A DNA stretch of 61,961 bases, the filler included, from Pseudomonadota bacterium (GTDB lineage Bacteria; Desulfobacterota; Desulfobacteria; Desulfobacterales; JBDRRP01): NCBI GenBank assembly GCA_043825735.1. It is 6 parts of 6 records of this genome, joined end to end, with 100 filler letters (N's around TTAATTAATTAA, not from the genome) between each part and the next. Parts side by side here need not be neighbours in the genome. Positions count along the whole stretch, not along the records: positions 24,222 to 52,316 come from JBDRRP010000144.1; 5 more parts are not named here. The stretch is one strand, 5' to 3'. This document shows, one piece after another, positions 27,235 to 38,727 of the stretch. The notes under the pieces are model-generated. The model saw only the letters and a list, made by a program, of their open reading frames with translations. It was not told the DNA's origin and did not search any database. The translations under genes and the position numbers were made by a program. The stretch's first letter is position 1. Each line of letters begins with the position of its first letter.

Positions 27235-28869
27235 ATGATGCAACCCATGGATGGACCCCAGGCCGATGAAATGGCCCAGCAGCAGGCCGTCTTGAACCAC
27301 CTTAAAAAAACGTTTGCGGCATTCAAGCACCCCATCGACATCTTTCTTTTCGCAAGCCCGGCGAAAGAGGATGTTTTCGCCCAGGCAAACCGGCAGGTGA
27401 TTCGTGCCTTTCGGCAACTGACCGATAAAATTTCCCTCAGGGAGTTCGGCCTCGACCATGAATATGCCAGAAAGTGGGGGGTCACCGACGTCCCGACCCT
27501 GGTCATTGCGCCGGATGTATACAATATCCACTGGATCGGCGCACCGATGGGAGAAGAGGGCCGCACCTTTCTGGAACTGCTGCTGCACGTGGGTACCCGG
27601 GACAGCGGGCTGAGCGATGCCGCCAAGACCGTTATCCACCGCATCGACACCCCCCGAAAGATCAAGGTCTTCGTCAGCCCCACCTGCCCGTACTGCCCCC
27701 AGGAGGCGGTCAACGCCGTCAAGGCGGTCATTGAAAACCCCGAGCAGATCTCCCTTGAGATCATCGACATCCAGTGCAAACCGGAGATTGCCGATCAGTA
27801 CAACGCCCACAGCGTGCCCCAGGCTTTTGCAAACGACGTGCTCATCGGCCTTGGGGCCCAGTCCGAGGAGGTGTTTGCCGCTTCTTTGCACAAGATGGAG
27901 CCCCAGACCATTTTCATCCCGGAAAGCGATGCCGAAGTGGTCGAAACCGATTTGGTGGTTGTGGGCGGCGGGCCGGCAGGGCTCACCGCCGGAATTTACG
28001 CGGTGCGCAGCGGTTTGAAGACCGCTGTCATCGAGCGCGACGCCCTGGGCGGTCAAGTGGCCCTGACCCCGGTGGTGGAAAACTACCCCGGCTTCACGCA
28101 AGTGGGGGGCAAAACCCTGGTGGACATCATGGTGAGCCATGCCTTGGAATACGTTCAGATCTTCCAGGGCGAAGCCGTGGTGGGGATCACTCCGGGCGAG
28201 CCCATTGTCGTTCAGACCAGCCGGAGGAAGTTTCTCACCAAGACGCTGCTGCTGGCCACGGGCGCTCGGCATAAACTGTTGGGGGTCCCCGGAGAGCAGC
28301 GACTGGCCGGCCGCGGTGTGAGCTACTGCGCCACCTGCGACGGCCCCTTGTTTCGCGGAAGAAAAGTCATCATGGTGGGGGGCGGCAATTCGGCGGTGAC
28401 CGAGGCCCTGCACCTTCACAACATCGGGGTGAACGTCACCATGGTGCATCGCCGCGATGCGCTCCGTGCCCAGGACGTGCTGGTGGACAAGGTCAAGGAA
28501 TCGGGCATGACGGTGCTCTGGAACACCGAGATCACGGAAATCCTCGGAGAGGAGCGGGTCTCCGGCGTTGGGCTGATCAACAACCAGAGCAAAAAAACCA
28601 GTACCCTTCCAGTTGATGGCGTTTTCATGGCCATCGGATACGAACCGTCGGTGGATCTGGCCAAGGCCATCGGTGTGGCGCTCAATGACGAGGGTTACAT
28701 TAAACACGACGACAAGCACCGGACCAATATCCCCGGAATTTATTCCGCGGGCGATGTGGAAGGTGGCTACAAGCAGATCGTTACTGCCACCGGCATGGGG
28801 GCCGCGGCCGCAATGACCATTTTTGAGGACTTGATTAACCCATACTGGCAGCAGCAAAAGGCCGGCTGA
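27235..28869 (+). CDS. Thioredoxin-fold domains fused to thioredoxin reductase (AhpF/TrxB-like)
   Basis: CPYC in Trx fold; GGGPAG, VSYCATCDG, GGGNSA, HRRD, TNIPGIYSAGD. Confidence 0.9.
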   Translation: MMQPMDGPQADEMAQQQAVLNHLKKTFAAFKHPIDIFLFASPAKEDVFAQANRQVIRAFRQLTDKISLREFGLDHEYARKWGVTDVPTLVIAPDVYNIHWIGAPMGEEGRTFLELLLHVGTRDSGLSDAAKTVIHRIDTPRKIKVFVSPTCPYCPQEAVNAVKAVIENPEQISLEIIDIQCKPEIADQYNAHSVPQAFANDVLIGLGAQSEEVFAASLHKMEPQTIFIPESDAEVVETDLVVVGGGPAGLTAGIYAVRSGLKTAVIERDALGGQVALTPVVENYPGFTQVGGKTLVDIMVSHALEYVQIFQGEAVVGITPGEPIVVQTSRRKFLTKTLLLATGARHKLLGVPGEQRLAGRGVSYCATCDGPLFRGRKVIMVGGGNSAVTEALHLHNIGVNVTMVHRRDALRAQDVLVDKVKESGMTVLWNTEITEILGEERVSGVGLINNQSKKTSTLPVDGVFMAIGYEPSVDLAKAIGVALNDEGYIKHDDKHRTNIPGIYSAGDVEGGYKQIVTATGMGAAAAMTIFEDLINPYWQQQKAG

Positions 28870-28962
28870 TAGAATGCTGCGCAGGGGTTAAAGAAGAAGC
28901 GGTCTTAGACCGCAATTAAACACCACCAGCTTTGCCTAAGATCATTTGAATTTTCAAGAATG

Positions 28963-28997
28963 CGGCGCCGGGGTCCATGTCCCGGCGCCGTTTTTTA
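28963..28997 (+). terminator. Intrinsic terminator
   Basis: cggcgccggg/cccggcgccg stem followed by tttttt. Confidence 0.8.
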
Positions 28998-29247
28998 TGA
29001 ACTGTTGCTGTCTCCGGTTGCCGCCATGCTCACCGGATTTATGGTTTCTCATTGAACCGGTGTATAGCGACTGTCGGATTTTGGAGCGGATGGTTTGCAC
29101 CCACCGACACAATGATCGCATCTTTGTAATGGATCATGGCAATAGCATTGCTTTTCCGCAAATCAACCCCGCGTTCCCTATTTGGCGGTGAAACACAACA
29201 CTTTGATAGCACTCTGGTTTTTCTGTTTCATGGAAAATGAAACCACC

Positions 29248-29263
29248 GGGCACGCGAAATGCA
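29248..29263 (+). promoter_or_regulatory. Candidate sigma-54 promoter
   Basis: GGGCACG-N4-ATGCA (GG-N10-GC) about 68 nt before ATG 29331; a second match TGGC-N7-TTGCT at 29137-29152. Confidence 0.4.
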
Positions 29264-29330
29264 TTAGCCGCAAAGGTTACAACGATCAGAGCCATGGTGG
29301 TGTTTATCTGAATGCAACAGGAGGCAGTCA

Positions 29331-30650
29331 ATGAGTGATGATGTCATACGCGTAGGGGGGAAAAAACGCAGTTTTTTCATGGATAAAGTCAAGGAGTTGC
29401 TGCCCGATGGCGGCAATTTGAACCTGTGCCTGACCTGTGGTGCATGCTCATCCGGTTGCCCGGCCAGCGGGTTAGACGGTATGGATCCGCGGAAATTCCT
29501 GCGGATGGCGGCGTTGGGGCTGGATGCGGAAATTGCCAAATCCGATTGGCCGTGGATGTGTACCATGTGTCAGCGGTGCATTTATGTCTGCCCAATGAAA
29601 ATCGACATCCCCCAGTTGGTATATAATGCCAGGGGGTTGCGGCCGAGAGAGGAGCGCCCCAAGGGCATTCTGGGTTCCTGCGACATGGCCCTTAAAAACG
29701 AGAGCACCAGCGCCATGGGGGCCTCTCCCGACGATTTCGTATACGTGGTGGAAGACGTGCTGGCGGAATATCAGGAGGCTCAGCCGGAGTTTGCCGACAT
29801 GCAGGCGCCCATCGACAAGGACGGCGCCTATTTCTTTTTGAATCAGAACTCCCGGGAGCCGGTCACGGAACCCGACGAGATGGTGCCATTGTGGAAAATC
29901 CTCCACCTGGCCGGGGCCGATTGGACCTACGGCAGCCACGGGTGGGCCGGAGAGAATTACTGCATGTTTCTGGCCGACAACGCCGACTGGGAACAGGTGA
30001 CCCGCACCACGGTCAACCAGGCCAACAAGCTGGGGTGCAAGGTCTTTCTCAACACCGAGTGAGGGCACGTCACATTCTCAGTCCGGGCCGGACTGAAAAA
30101 ATTCAACCTCAAGCACGATTTTGAAGTCAAAAACATCTACGAATATTATGCTAAGTGGATTCGCGAGGGCAAGCTGAAGGTCAATTCCGACTGGAACAAG
30201 GATCTCAAGATCAAGTTCACGGTTCAGGATCCTTGCCAGATTGTTCGGAAAAGCTACGGCGATCCTATTGCAGAAGACCTGCGGTATGTGGTTAAAGCGG
30301 TGGTGGGTGAAGAAAACTTCATCGACATGACTCCCAACCGCTCAAACAACTACTGTTGCGGCGGCGGCGGCGGGTTTCTCCAGTCCGGTTTCAAGGAGCA
30401 GCGCCTGGAGTTCGGCAGGATCAAGGACGAGCAGATCAAGGCCACCGGGGCCGACTACTGCATTGCCGGCTGCCATAACTGCCACGCCCAGATTCACGAG
30501 CTCAGCGAGCACTACGGGGGGCATTACCCTGTGGTTCACATGTGGACGCTCATCTGCCTGTCATTGGGCATTTTAGGACCGAATGAGCGGGAGTACCTGG
30601 GAGACGATCTGAAAGAGGTCAACGTATTCCACCCCGAAACCGCCATGTAA
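29331..30650 (+). CDS. HdrD/GlpC-like Fe-S oxidoreductase (2x[4Fe-4S] + CCG domains), probable selenoprotein, 439 aa
   Basis: CLTCGACSSGCP, CTMCQRCIYVCP, NTE-TGA-GH at 30060-30062, frame stays open to DPC...CCGGGGG...CHNC; joins the two ORF-track fragments in one frame. Confidence 0.85.
30075..30099 (+). promoter_or_regulatory. Candidate bacterial SECIS hairpin
   Basis: tcagtccg-ggc-cggactga perfect 8-bp stem starting 16 nt after the in-frame TGA, G-rich apex. Confidence 0.65.
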
Positions 30651-30709
30651 CCTCGTCATCAGGTGGGGAGTCCCGGCACCCGGGGCTCCCTGAACCGACC
30701 GGGGCCGTT

Positions 30710-31078
30710 GTGGAAAGTGATCGCATCACCGTCGGAGATCTTGAGCGTCGCTGGGAAAAAGCGCTCAGCGCTACCCAGACTGCCGTTCGTCGGCAGCCGG
30801 AGGCATACCACCGCCTCAAGGCGCTCACCGGCGAGATCGTCTCCGGCCCTCTGGATATCCGCGATTACCTGCCCACCGTACGAAAGATGATATCCCTTCT
30901 GAGAGCCCTCGATCCCCATGGCGGCGAGAGCATTTTTCATTATTTTGAAAACCGCATATCCCCTGCGGACGTCTGGCAGGTCAACCTGTTCCGGATGGAG
31001 TGCACGGATCTGCTCGCTCACCTCAAGGCTTTCGATGACTGGCGCATCAAAAACCGTCGGCTGAAAATCGTCAAGTAG
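30710..31078 (+). CDS. Hypothetical protein
   Basis: 122-aa ORF with plausible composition, converging on the next gene. Confidence 0.55.
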   Translation: MESDRITVGDLERRWEKALSATQTAVRRQPEAYHRLKALTGEIVSGPLDIRDYLPTVRKMISLLRALDPHGGESIFHYFENRISPADVWQVNLFRMECTDLLAHLKAFDDWRIKNRRLKIVK

Positions 31079-31949
31079 CGGCCAGATACAGCGGCATCAA
31101 TCGTTGAAACAATGCGGCGATGTCTGTGGCGATATCGCCCCCACGTTCGATGACCGCTTCTTTTGGCAGGGACCCGGCGATTTCCATCACCACGGGCGCT
31201 TCTGTGGTTGCTGCGTCCATGAGTGCCGACGGGTTTGTGGCCGAGCGGGATGAGGGTGCTGCGGTGTCCTGCCATCCATTTTCAGTCGGTTGCAGGCGCA
31301 GGGAGAGCGCTTGACCGGTAAAGTCAACGGTCAAATCGTTTTCAGCGGCGGTGGTTTGCAGCTGCTGCTCGTTTTCCGGTCGTCTAAGCCAGTCAGCCAA
31401 GGCCTGCCAGTCGTGCTCGGCAATGCCCGAAGCAGCGGATCTGGATACTCGCAATCCGTATGTCATCGCCTGGGAATCCACCCTGACGAAAAACACCGCG
31501 GGATCTCCGAGGCCCTTACGCTTGCGGTGCGTGGCATCCTGCCAGTGGACCTCAGGGCGCTGGGCAGCGGCCCAGGACTGAATGGACAATTCATCACGCG
31601 GCAGTTTTTGGGCGACCGCACCACCCAATTGATCACGGCCACGCCATCGGGTGCGTGCCGCGGAGTCTTTGAAATCGGTGGCCAGCATACCATCGAAGCG
31701 CCGGTTTCTGACACCGGAAGCCTTTGCGGCCTTGCGTTCATTAAGCGCCACTTCGACCTCGGCGTAGTGTACCTCCATCTGCCGCCGGATCTGAATACTG
31801 CGCTGCAGATCCATATCGGTCTGGATTTTCTCTCCATCTTCCCATTGAATCTCCATCTGGCCGTTCTTCATGGAAAGCACTGTAAATACGCCTTTTTCAT
31901 TTTCGTACTGCTCGTCGACCTGGAATTGAAAAAATTGGTTTAACGCCAT
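31071..31949 (-). CDS. Hypothetical protein
   Basis: Strong RBS AAGGAGGT before ATG at 31949; 292-aa ORF. Confidence 0.65.
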   Translation of the reverse strand: MALNQFFQFQVDEQYENEKGVFTVLSMKNGQMEIQWEDGEKIQTDMDLQRSIQIRRQMEVHYAEVEVALNERKAAKASGVRNRRFDGMLATDFKDSAARTRWRGRDQLGGAVAQKLPRDELSIQSWAAAQRPEVHWQDATHRKRKGLGDPAVFFVRVDSQAMTYGLRVSRSAASGIAEHDWQALADWLRRPENEQQLQTTAAENDLTVDFTGQALSLRLQPTENGWQDTAAPSSRSATNPSALMDAATTEAPVVMEIAGSLPKEAVIERGGDIATDIAALFQRLMPLYLAAT

Positions 31950-32288
31950 GACACCTCCTTGCTTGCTGTTTTTCGCGCACATTCGCTTTGCGCTCGCTGG
32001 AAAAACGGTATGTCTACGATGCCGATTGGCCGGGAGTCACATGTGCCGAAATCAAGTACAGCACCGGAGTTTTGAAAAAACTCCCTCAAAGGCATCGCCA
32101 TTCATCTGGCGGCACCCTGCCATCGGCGTTCCGAAACAGGACGCATGAGTCTATACAATAATCATCTTTTCGCGGTTTGCTTGAATTTTTTTTTAACGTG
32201 TTCGGGGCCGCTGGGATTATCTGCGGTCGAATGCGATCATTTCGTCGATGACCAGTGTCATTCCGGCCATGTGAAACTACCGGCGGGA

Positions 32289-33794
32289 TTAACCGCGCGA
32301 GGCCACGGCTTCCGTTGCAACGCGCTCATAGATACCGGCGAGGTTTGTCACCAGCCGCCGCCAGCTCAAGTGCGTCATGGCATTGGCGATGGCCGACCGT
32401 TCTTTTTCTCCGATATCGCGATTTAAGAGCTTTTCCATGCCCGCGGTGAGGCTTTCAGCGTAATGCGCGCGCGCCTCAGGTGCGGGCGCGTCGCCAGCGG
32501 TGAGCGCGATGGGGGGCACCAGCACGACCAGACCCGCCTCGGTCAATGAGCTGGGGACATAGTCCGGCGGGCCGCCGATGTTGGCGGCCACAGACGGCGC
32601 GCCTGAAGCCAGGGCCTCCATGAGCACCATGCCGTAGGGCTCCACATGGGAGGGCAGCACATAGATGTCCGCCGCCCGGTAGATATCGGGCAGAGCGGTG
32701 CGCGCCACTTTTCCCGGCAGGCGCACATGGTCGGCCAGTCCCTTGGATGCAATAAACGCTTCGAGATCCGACCGACTTTCAGGGTCACCCTCCCCGACGA
32801 TGACGGCGGTCACGTCGTGGCCGCGTGCGCGCAAAAACCCCACGGCCATGGTGAGTTCCTTGAATCCCTTCCAGTCCACGAACTTGCCTACCGCCACGAC
32901 CAGGCGCGCATCGGCTTTCAGCGCGTATCCGAAAGCATCCCTTATGACGGTGGCCGCATCCACCGGTCGCCAGTTGAACAGTTCCGGCTCGAATCCGTAG
33001 CCTTCGATGGAGATGCGCTCCTGAGGGATCTCGAACATCGCCACGCACTCGTGAACCGAATCCGGAGAGATGGCGCACACGTGATCGGCGCTGGAAACGC
33101 AGGGCACCACCAGGTCCCTGAACCGGGGGGCGTCTTTGATGAGTTTGTGGGCCGTGCCATGGGCTGAGGCGACCAGGGGAATCCAGGGTGCAATGAGCCG
33201 TGCCAGGCCGTTCAAGAGCCACAAGTGGTTGATATGGATGACATCCGGCTGAAGCTGAGCCACCTGCTGGGCAATGCGGCGGCCGAACACGGTGAGCCAG
33301 TCAAGAAGTTCGTCATTGGTGCGGTCACGGTAGGCCAGTACCGGATAGGGCATGACCACGGACATCCCCGAAATCAGCGTTTTCACCGCGCCGGGGACCG
33401 GGACGGCATCTTTCGGGGTGAACAGGCAAGTGGCGATCCGCTCACCCGGAACGCCTTGGATATGGGTGGCATCCAGCGGTTCATATCCGGCGGAAAGCAG
33501 ATGAAAGTCGATACCCTGGCGAATGGCCTCCGCGGCGATCTGCTGAAGATACACTCCGGAGCCGGTTTCTCCCGGGAGCTGGCCGTGGACGAACAGCACG
33601 CGTCTGGGGCGGCCCTGCCGGCGACGGGTTTCGACAGCCGATCGCCATACAGACGCCTCAGATTCCCGGGTCCGCGCTGGCCGTTCATATTCAGGCCACC
33701 GCTTGAGGCGATCCAGCAAGGACGGGGGATCGTGGGAGAATGCATCGGCGACGGGTGGTATGGGCGGTGTGGCAGCGCCTTTCGTGAGTGGCAC
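32289..33794 (-). CDS. Glycosyltransferase family 4 (GT-B)
   Basis: TGSGVY, AVGKFVDWKG, LPSHVEPYGMVLMEALASG. Confidence 0.88.
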   Translation of the reverse strand: MPLTKGAATPPIPPVADAFSHDPPSLLDRLKRWPEYERPARTRESEASVWRSAVETRRRQGRPRRVLFVHGQLPGETGSGVYLQQIAAEAIRQGIDFHLLSAGYEPLDATHIQGVPGERIATCLFTPKDAVPVPGAVKTLISGMSVVMPYPVLAYRDRTNDELLDWLTVFGRRIAQQVAQLQPDVIHINHLWLLNGLARLIAPWIPLVASAHGTAHKLIKDAPRFRDLVVPCVSSADHVCAISPDSVHECVAMFEIPQERISIEGYGFEPELFNWRPVDAATVIRDAFGYALKADARLVVAVGKFVDWKGFKELTMAVGFLRARGHDVTAVIVGEGDPESRSDLEAFIASKGLADHVRLPGKVARTALPDIYRAADIYVLPSHVEPYGMVLMEALASGAPSVAANIGGPPDYVPSSLTEAGLVVLVPPIALTAGDAPAPEARAHYAESLTAGMEKLLNRDIGEKERSAIANAMTHLSWRRLVTNLAGIYERVATEAVASRG

Positions 33795-33855
33795 AGGCGG
33801 TCCTTTCAGTACTCGAACAGCTCAGTGATTTTCTTTCTGTCTCATGATCAACGGT

Positions 33856-35310
<1,455 letters not shown>

Positions 35311-35424
35311 GGCGAGCCTCCCCGGTTTTGGGTCCGATGCACGCGAAGGGGTATCCGTCCGCAGCGGCGGACCGGGTCACCGACCATATTGCCGCAAAGG
35401 GGCGCCGAAAGACAAGCCCCGGAA

Positions 35425-35928
35425 TCAGTCCTCGGCCAGCGGCATCACATCTGCGCCGGTGACCCGCAAGAGCTCGCCGGGGGTGAGACGCAACATGGCG
35501 TCGATGTCGCCGCCGCCGCCGTAGACGGTTTCCATCGCCGTGACGGACGGGTCCACCAGGGTGCGCAGCTGCGTTCGGTGGCCGAAGGGCGGCATGCTGC
35601 CGACAATGAAGCCGGTGATATCCAGTGCGTCTTCCGCCGTGGCGAATTTCACTTTTTTTCTGCCCACCCCGAGCTGGCCGGCAAGTTTTTTCCGGTCCAC
35701 CCGCGCCAGGCCGTTGGTAATGACCAGAAGGGCCGTATCGTCGCAGCGAAACACAAGGGACTTGATGATCTGATCCGTGTCGACGCCCAGGGCCAGGGCC
35801 GCGTCTGCCACGGTGGCCGTGTGGGCGCCTAGTGGAATGATTTCGGCGGCGATCTGCCGGCGGTCAATAAACTGCTGCAGGGCAGGGCTTCCCAGTACGG
35901 CGGCGGTATCCGTTGTCGACGCGTTCAT
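35425..35928 (-). CDS. YbaK/EbsC aminoacyl-tRNA editing domain protein
   Basis: QIIKSLVF, TGFIVGSMPPFG, YGGGG; alternative start at 35970. Confidence 0.85.
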   Translation of the reverse strand: MNASTTDTAAVLGSPALQQFIDRRQIAAEIIPLGAHTATVADAALALGVDTDQIIKSLVFRCDDTALLVITNGLARVDRKKLAGQLGVGRKKVKFATAEDALDITGFIVGSMPPFGHRTQLRTLVDPSVTAMETVYGGGGDIDAMLRLTPGELLRVTGADVMPLAED

Positions 35929-36014
35929 GGCGTTCTTTCCATCGGCGCTTGGCCGGTTGTCTGTCTCCATATGTCACCCGACCATAGCAAAAGATGCGGT
36001 GGCGATAAATAGGC

Positions 36015-36056
36015 TTGACCGGAATATAAACTTTATTTATATACAAAGTATATAAA
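36015..36056 (+). promoter_or_regulatory. Sigma-70-like promoter overlapped by perfect 9-3-9 inverted repeat (candidate PadR operator)
   Basis: TTGACC-17 nt-TATATA; TTTATATAC-AAA-GTATATAAA at 36036-36056. Confidence 0.65.
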
Positions 36057-36069
36057 AACTGGAGGGTTC

Positions 36070-36642
36070 ATGGCGATCAAGTATTCCATCCTCGGTCTGC
36101 TTCACTACCAGCCCATGCACGGGTACCGCATCAAGGAGCACATCGAACGCAATTTCGGACACATGTGGTCCATCAACTACGGACAGATCTACCCCAACCT
36201 GAAGAAGCTCAAAGACGATGGTCTCATCACGATGGCCGAAGAAGTGTGTGAAGGCGAGAAAGGCCCGCCGCGCAAACTTTACACCATTACCGAGGAAGGA
36301 CGTCGCGCCTTCAGGCAGTGGCTGACCGAGTCGCCTGAGCGCGGCATGCTGCTGCGGGACCCTTTTCTCATGCGCTTTGTGTTCTTCGGATTCGGCGAGA
36401 AAACGGACGCGTTGAAGCTCATCGACGATCAGGTCGTTGACTGGGAACGCCAACTGGCCCGCCGTTACGGCAATCTGGCCCGTTGGGAGAATTCAGGGGT
36501 GTATGCACGGCTGATGGGGGAACTGGGGGTCCGGATGAATGAGCTCTTTCTCGATTGGCTGAAATACGCCAGGAAAGAAATTGACGCCGACCTCGAATCC
36601 CGGCCGGCGCTGGTACTGGAGTCTGTGGCAGATGATCAGTGA
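36070..36642 (+). CDS. PadR-family transcriptional regulator
   Basis: ILGLL, HGYRIK, GQIYPNLKKL, RKLYTITEEGR. Confidence 0.93.
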   Translation: MAIKYSILGLLHYQPMHGYRIKEHIERNFGHMWSINYGQIYPNLKKLKDDGLITMAEEVCEGEKGPPRKLYTITEEGRRAFRQWLTESPERGMLLRDPFLMRFVFFGFGEKTDALKLIDDQVVDWERQLARRYGNLARWENSGVYARLMGELGVRMNELFLDWLKYARKEIDADLESRPALVLESVADDQ

Positions 36643-36692
36643 TTTTAACCCGCAGAAGGGTGGTCCGCTTTCCGCACCTCCAGGGAGTCGCG

Positions 36693-37679
36693 ATGGATTA
36701 TGACGGTATCACCCTGGTCACCGGCGCGGCCGGGTTTATGGGCTCGCATGTGGTGGAATATCTTGCCGCGCAGGGCGTGAGGGTGCGCGCAACCGCCCGG
36801 CCAGGAAAGGACACGGCATTTTTTGACCGGCTGGGTGTTGAATTCGTCGGGGCTGATCTTACCCGGCCAGGCACCCTGCCGCCGCTGTTTGAGGGCCCCG
36901 TGGATCGGGTGATCCATTTGGGCGCCATCTGCAACTTTTCCACCCCCTACGAGCGGCTTTACCCAACCAATGTCCTGGGCGTGGGGCATATGGCCGATCT
37001 GGCGTTGAAGGCCGGGGTCCGGTGCTTTGTGCACGTGACCTCCACCAGTGTCTATGGATGCGGCACCGGCGCGCCCTTCACCGAAGAAAGTCCCCGGGCG
37101 CCCAAGGACGACTACGGTCGCAGTAAGCGTGACGGTGAAGATGAACTCTTCCGCAGGATGGATCAGGGGTTGCCGGCGGTGATCGTGCGCCCATGCACGG
37201 TTTACGGCCCCCGCTGCACCGACGGCGCCGGAAAGGCGTTTTCAAGAGCCACCGCCATCGCCGCCATACCGGGCAGCGGTGAACACCTGCTCTCCAACAT
37301 CCGTGCCGAAGACGTAGCCGCTGCAGCGGTCCATCTGTCGCGGCACCCGGCCGCCATCGGGGAGATTTACAACCTGGCCGACGACAGCCATCCGAGCCTC
37401 AAAACAGCGCTGACCCTGGCGGCCAAAACCTTTGGGACAAAGACGCCCGGTCTGCATCTGCCCCTTTTTCTGGTGAGGGCGCTGGCTCGGCTGGACGGTG
37501 TTGTTTCCAGCCTCCGGGGGCGCATCCCGGATCTGGAATACGAGGCGGCCTGTTACCTTTCTGAAGACTATGTCGTGGACAACAGCAAGCTCAAGGCGAC
37601 GGGGTATCGATTCATTTACCCGGACTTTATCGATTCCATGGCTCAGATGGGACAGTGGTACCGGAGCACGCTGCACTGA
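36693..37679 (+). CDS. Extended SDR (NAD-dependent epimerase/dehydratase, 3-beta-HSD-like)
   Basis: VTGAAGFMG, YGRSK, RPCTVYGP. Confidence 0.88.
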   Translation: MDYDGITLVTGAAGFMGSHVVEYLAAQGVRVRATARPGKDTAFFDRLGVEFVGADLTRPGTLPPLFEGPVDRVIHLGAICNFSTPYERLYPTNVLGVGHMADLALKAGVRCFVHVTSTSVYGCGTGAPFTEESPRAPKDDYGRSKRDGEDELFRRMDQGLPAVIVRPCTVYGPRCTDGAGKAFSRATAIAAIPGSGEHLLSNIRAEDVAAAAVHLSRHPAAIGEIYNLADDSHPSLKTALTLAAKTFGTKTPGLHLPLFLVRALARLDGVVSSLRGRIPDLEYEAACYLSEDYVVDNSKLKATGYRFIYPDFIDSMAQMGQWYRSTLH

Positions 37680-37713
37680 GTGCACTGTTAACGAAAACCG
37701 AATCGGAGGGATC

Positions 37714-38544
37714 ATGAGCGAGGTTATTGTGATCACAGGGCTGGCCCAGGGCATGGGAAGGGAGGTGGCCTGTATGCTGGCTGCTTCCGGCGCGTCGGTG
37801 GCCGGGTTCGACATGGATGCCGGCGGCATTGAATCGCTTAAAGCAGAACTGGAAAAAATCGGCGGCGACCACTATCTGACCACCCTGGACATTACCGACC
37901 GGCCGGGTATCCTGGCGTTCAGAGACGCGGTGGTGGCACACTACGGCCGGGTGGATACGGTGCTCTCCAACGTGGGCATCGGGTTTTTCGGCCCCTTCGA
38001 AGAGGTGGATCTGGAGCGCGCCCTCAAATGCCTGGAGATCAACGTCATCGGGGCGGCCGCCATACTGCAGGCCTTTATCGCGCCTATGCGCGCACAGGGG
38101 CGGGGAAAGCTCATCGCCATGAGCTCTCTGGTGGGGCAGATCCCTTTTCCCTTCGAGTCCATTTACACGGCCAGTAAATTCGCCATCGAAGGCCTGGTGG
38201 AATCCATCAAATACGAGGTGGAACCGTTCGGACTGAAAGTCGCCCTTATCGAGCCGGCCCAGGTGTCGACAAGTTTTGCCGCCAAAATTCACACGCTGCC
38301 GCCGGAAGGATCGCCCTATCGGGAAAGGGCAGGGCGCTTCATCAACAGAGACAACCAGCTCATCAAGGGCGCTACGACCCCCGGGCAGGCGGCCCGCCGG
38401 ATCGTCGCGGTGCTCCAGTCGCCGGCGCCGAAACTGCACAACCAGGTCGACTTCATGAGCACGTTCTTTCTCTTTCTCAACTGGTTGCTGCCCAAGTGGG
38501 CACGGGATTGGATTTTGCTCAACCACATGGACATCAAAACATAA
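37714..38544 (+). CDS. Classical SDR oxidoreductase
   Basis: ITGLAQGMG, NVGIG, MSS, YTASK; RBS GGAGG. Confidence 0.9.
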   Translation: MSEVIVITGLAQGMGREVACMLAASGASVAGFDMDAGGIESLKAELEKIGGDHYLTTLDITDRPGILAFRDAVVAHYGRVDTVLSNVGIGFFGPFEEVDLERALKCLEINVIGAAAILQAFIAPMRAQGRGKLIAMSSLVGQIPFPFESIYTASKFAIEGLVESIKYEVEPFGLKVALIEPAQVSTSFAAKIHTLPPEGSPYRERAGRFINRDNQLIKGATTPGQAARRIVAVLQSPAPKLHNQVDFMSTFFLFLNWLLPKWARDWILLNHMDIKT

Positions 38545-38567
38545 ATAGCATCGGTAAAAAGTCAGAA

Positions 38568-38656
38568 TCTCGCGCAGAGACGCAGAGGCGCAGGGAAAAG
38601 CACTCGCGCAATTCCATTTTACGCAGTTCTCAGCGTCTCCGCGCCTCTGCGCGAGA
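38568..38656. repeat. Intergenic inverted repeat built of cgcagag units
   Basis: tctcgcgcagagacgcagaggcgcag ... gcgtctccgcgcctctgcgcgaga. Confidence 0.75.
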
Positions 38657-38727
38657 AAATTGCTTTTTTACGGATTCATCAAGATTCGAATGCCGGCATG
38701 GAAAGTCGGTGGCTTCAGGAGGTGATC

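Noticed and set aside
27082..28857. 591-aa minus-strand ORF
   Set aside because: Antisense shadow of the Trx-TrxR gene in GC-rich DNA; no motifs
29331..30650. Nonsense pseudogene or two separate genes
   Set aside because: The stop is TGA at a Cys-equivalent position, followed by a hairpin, with intact coding sequence on both sides
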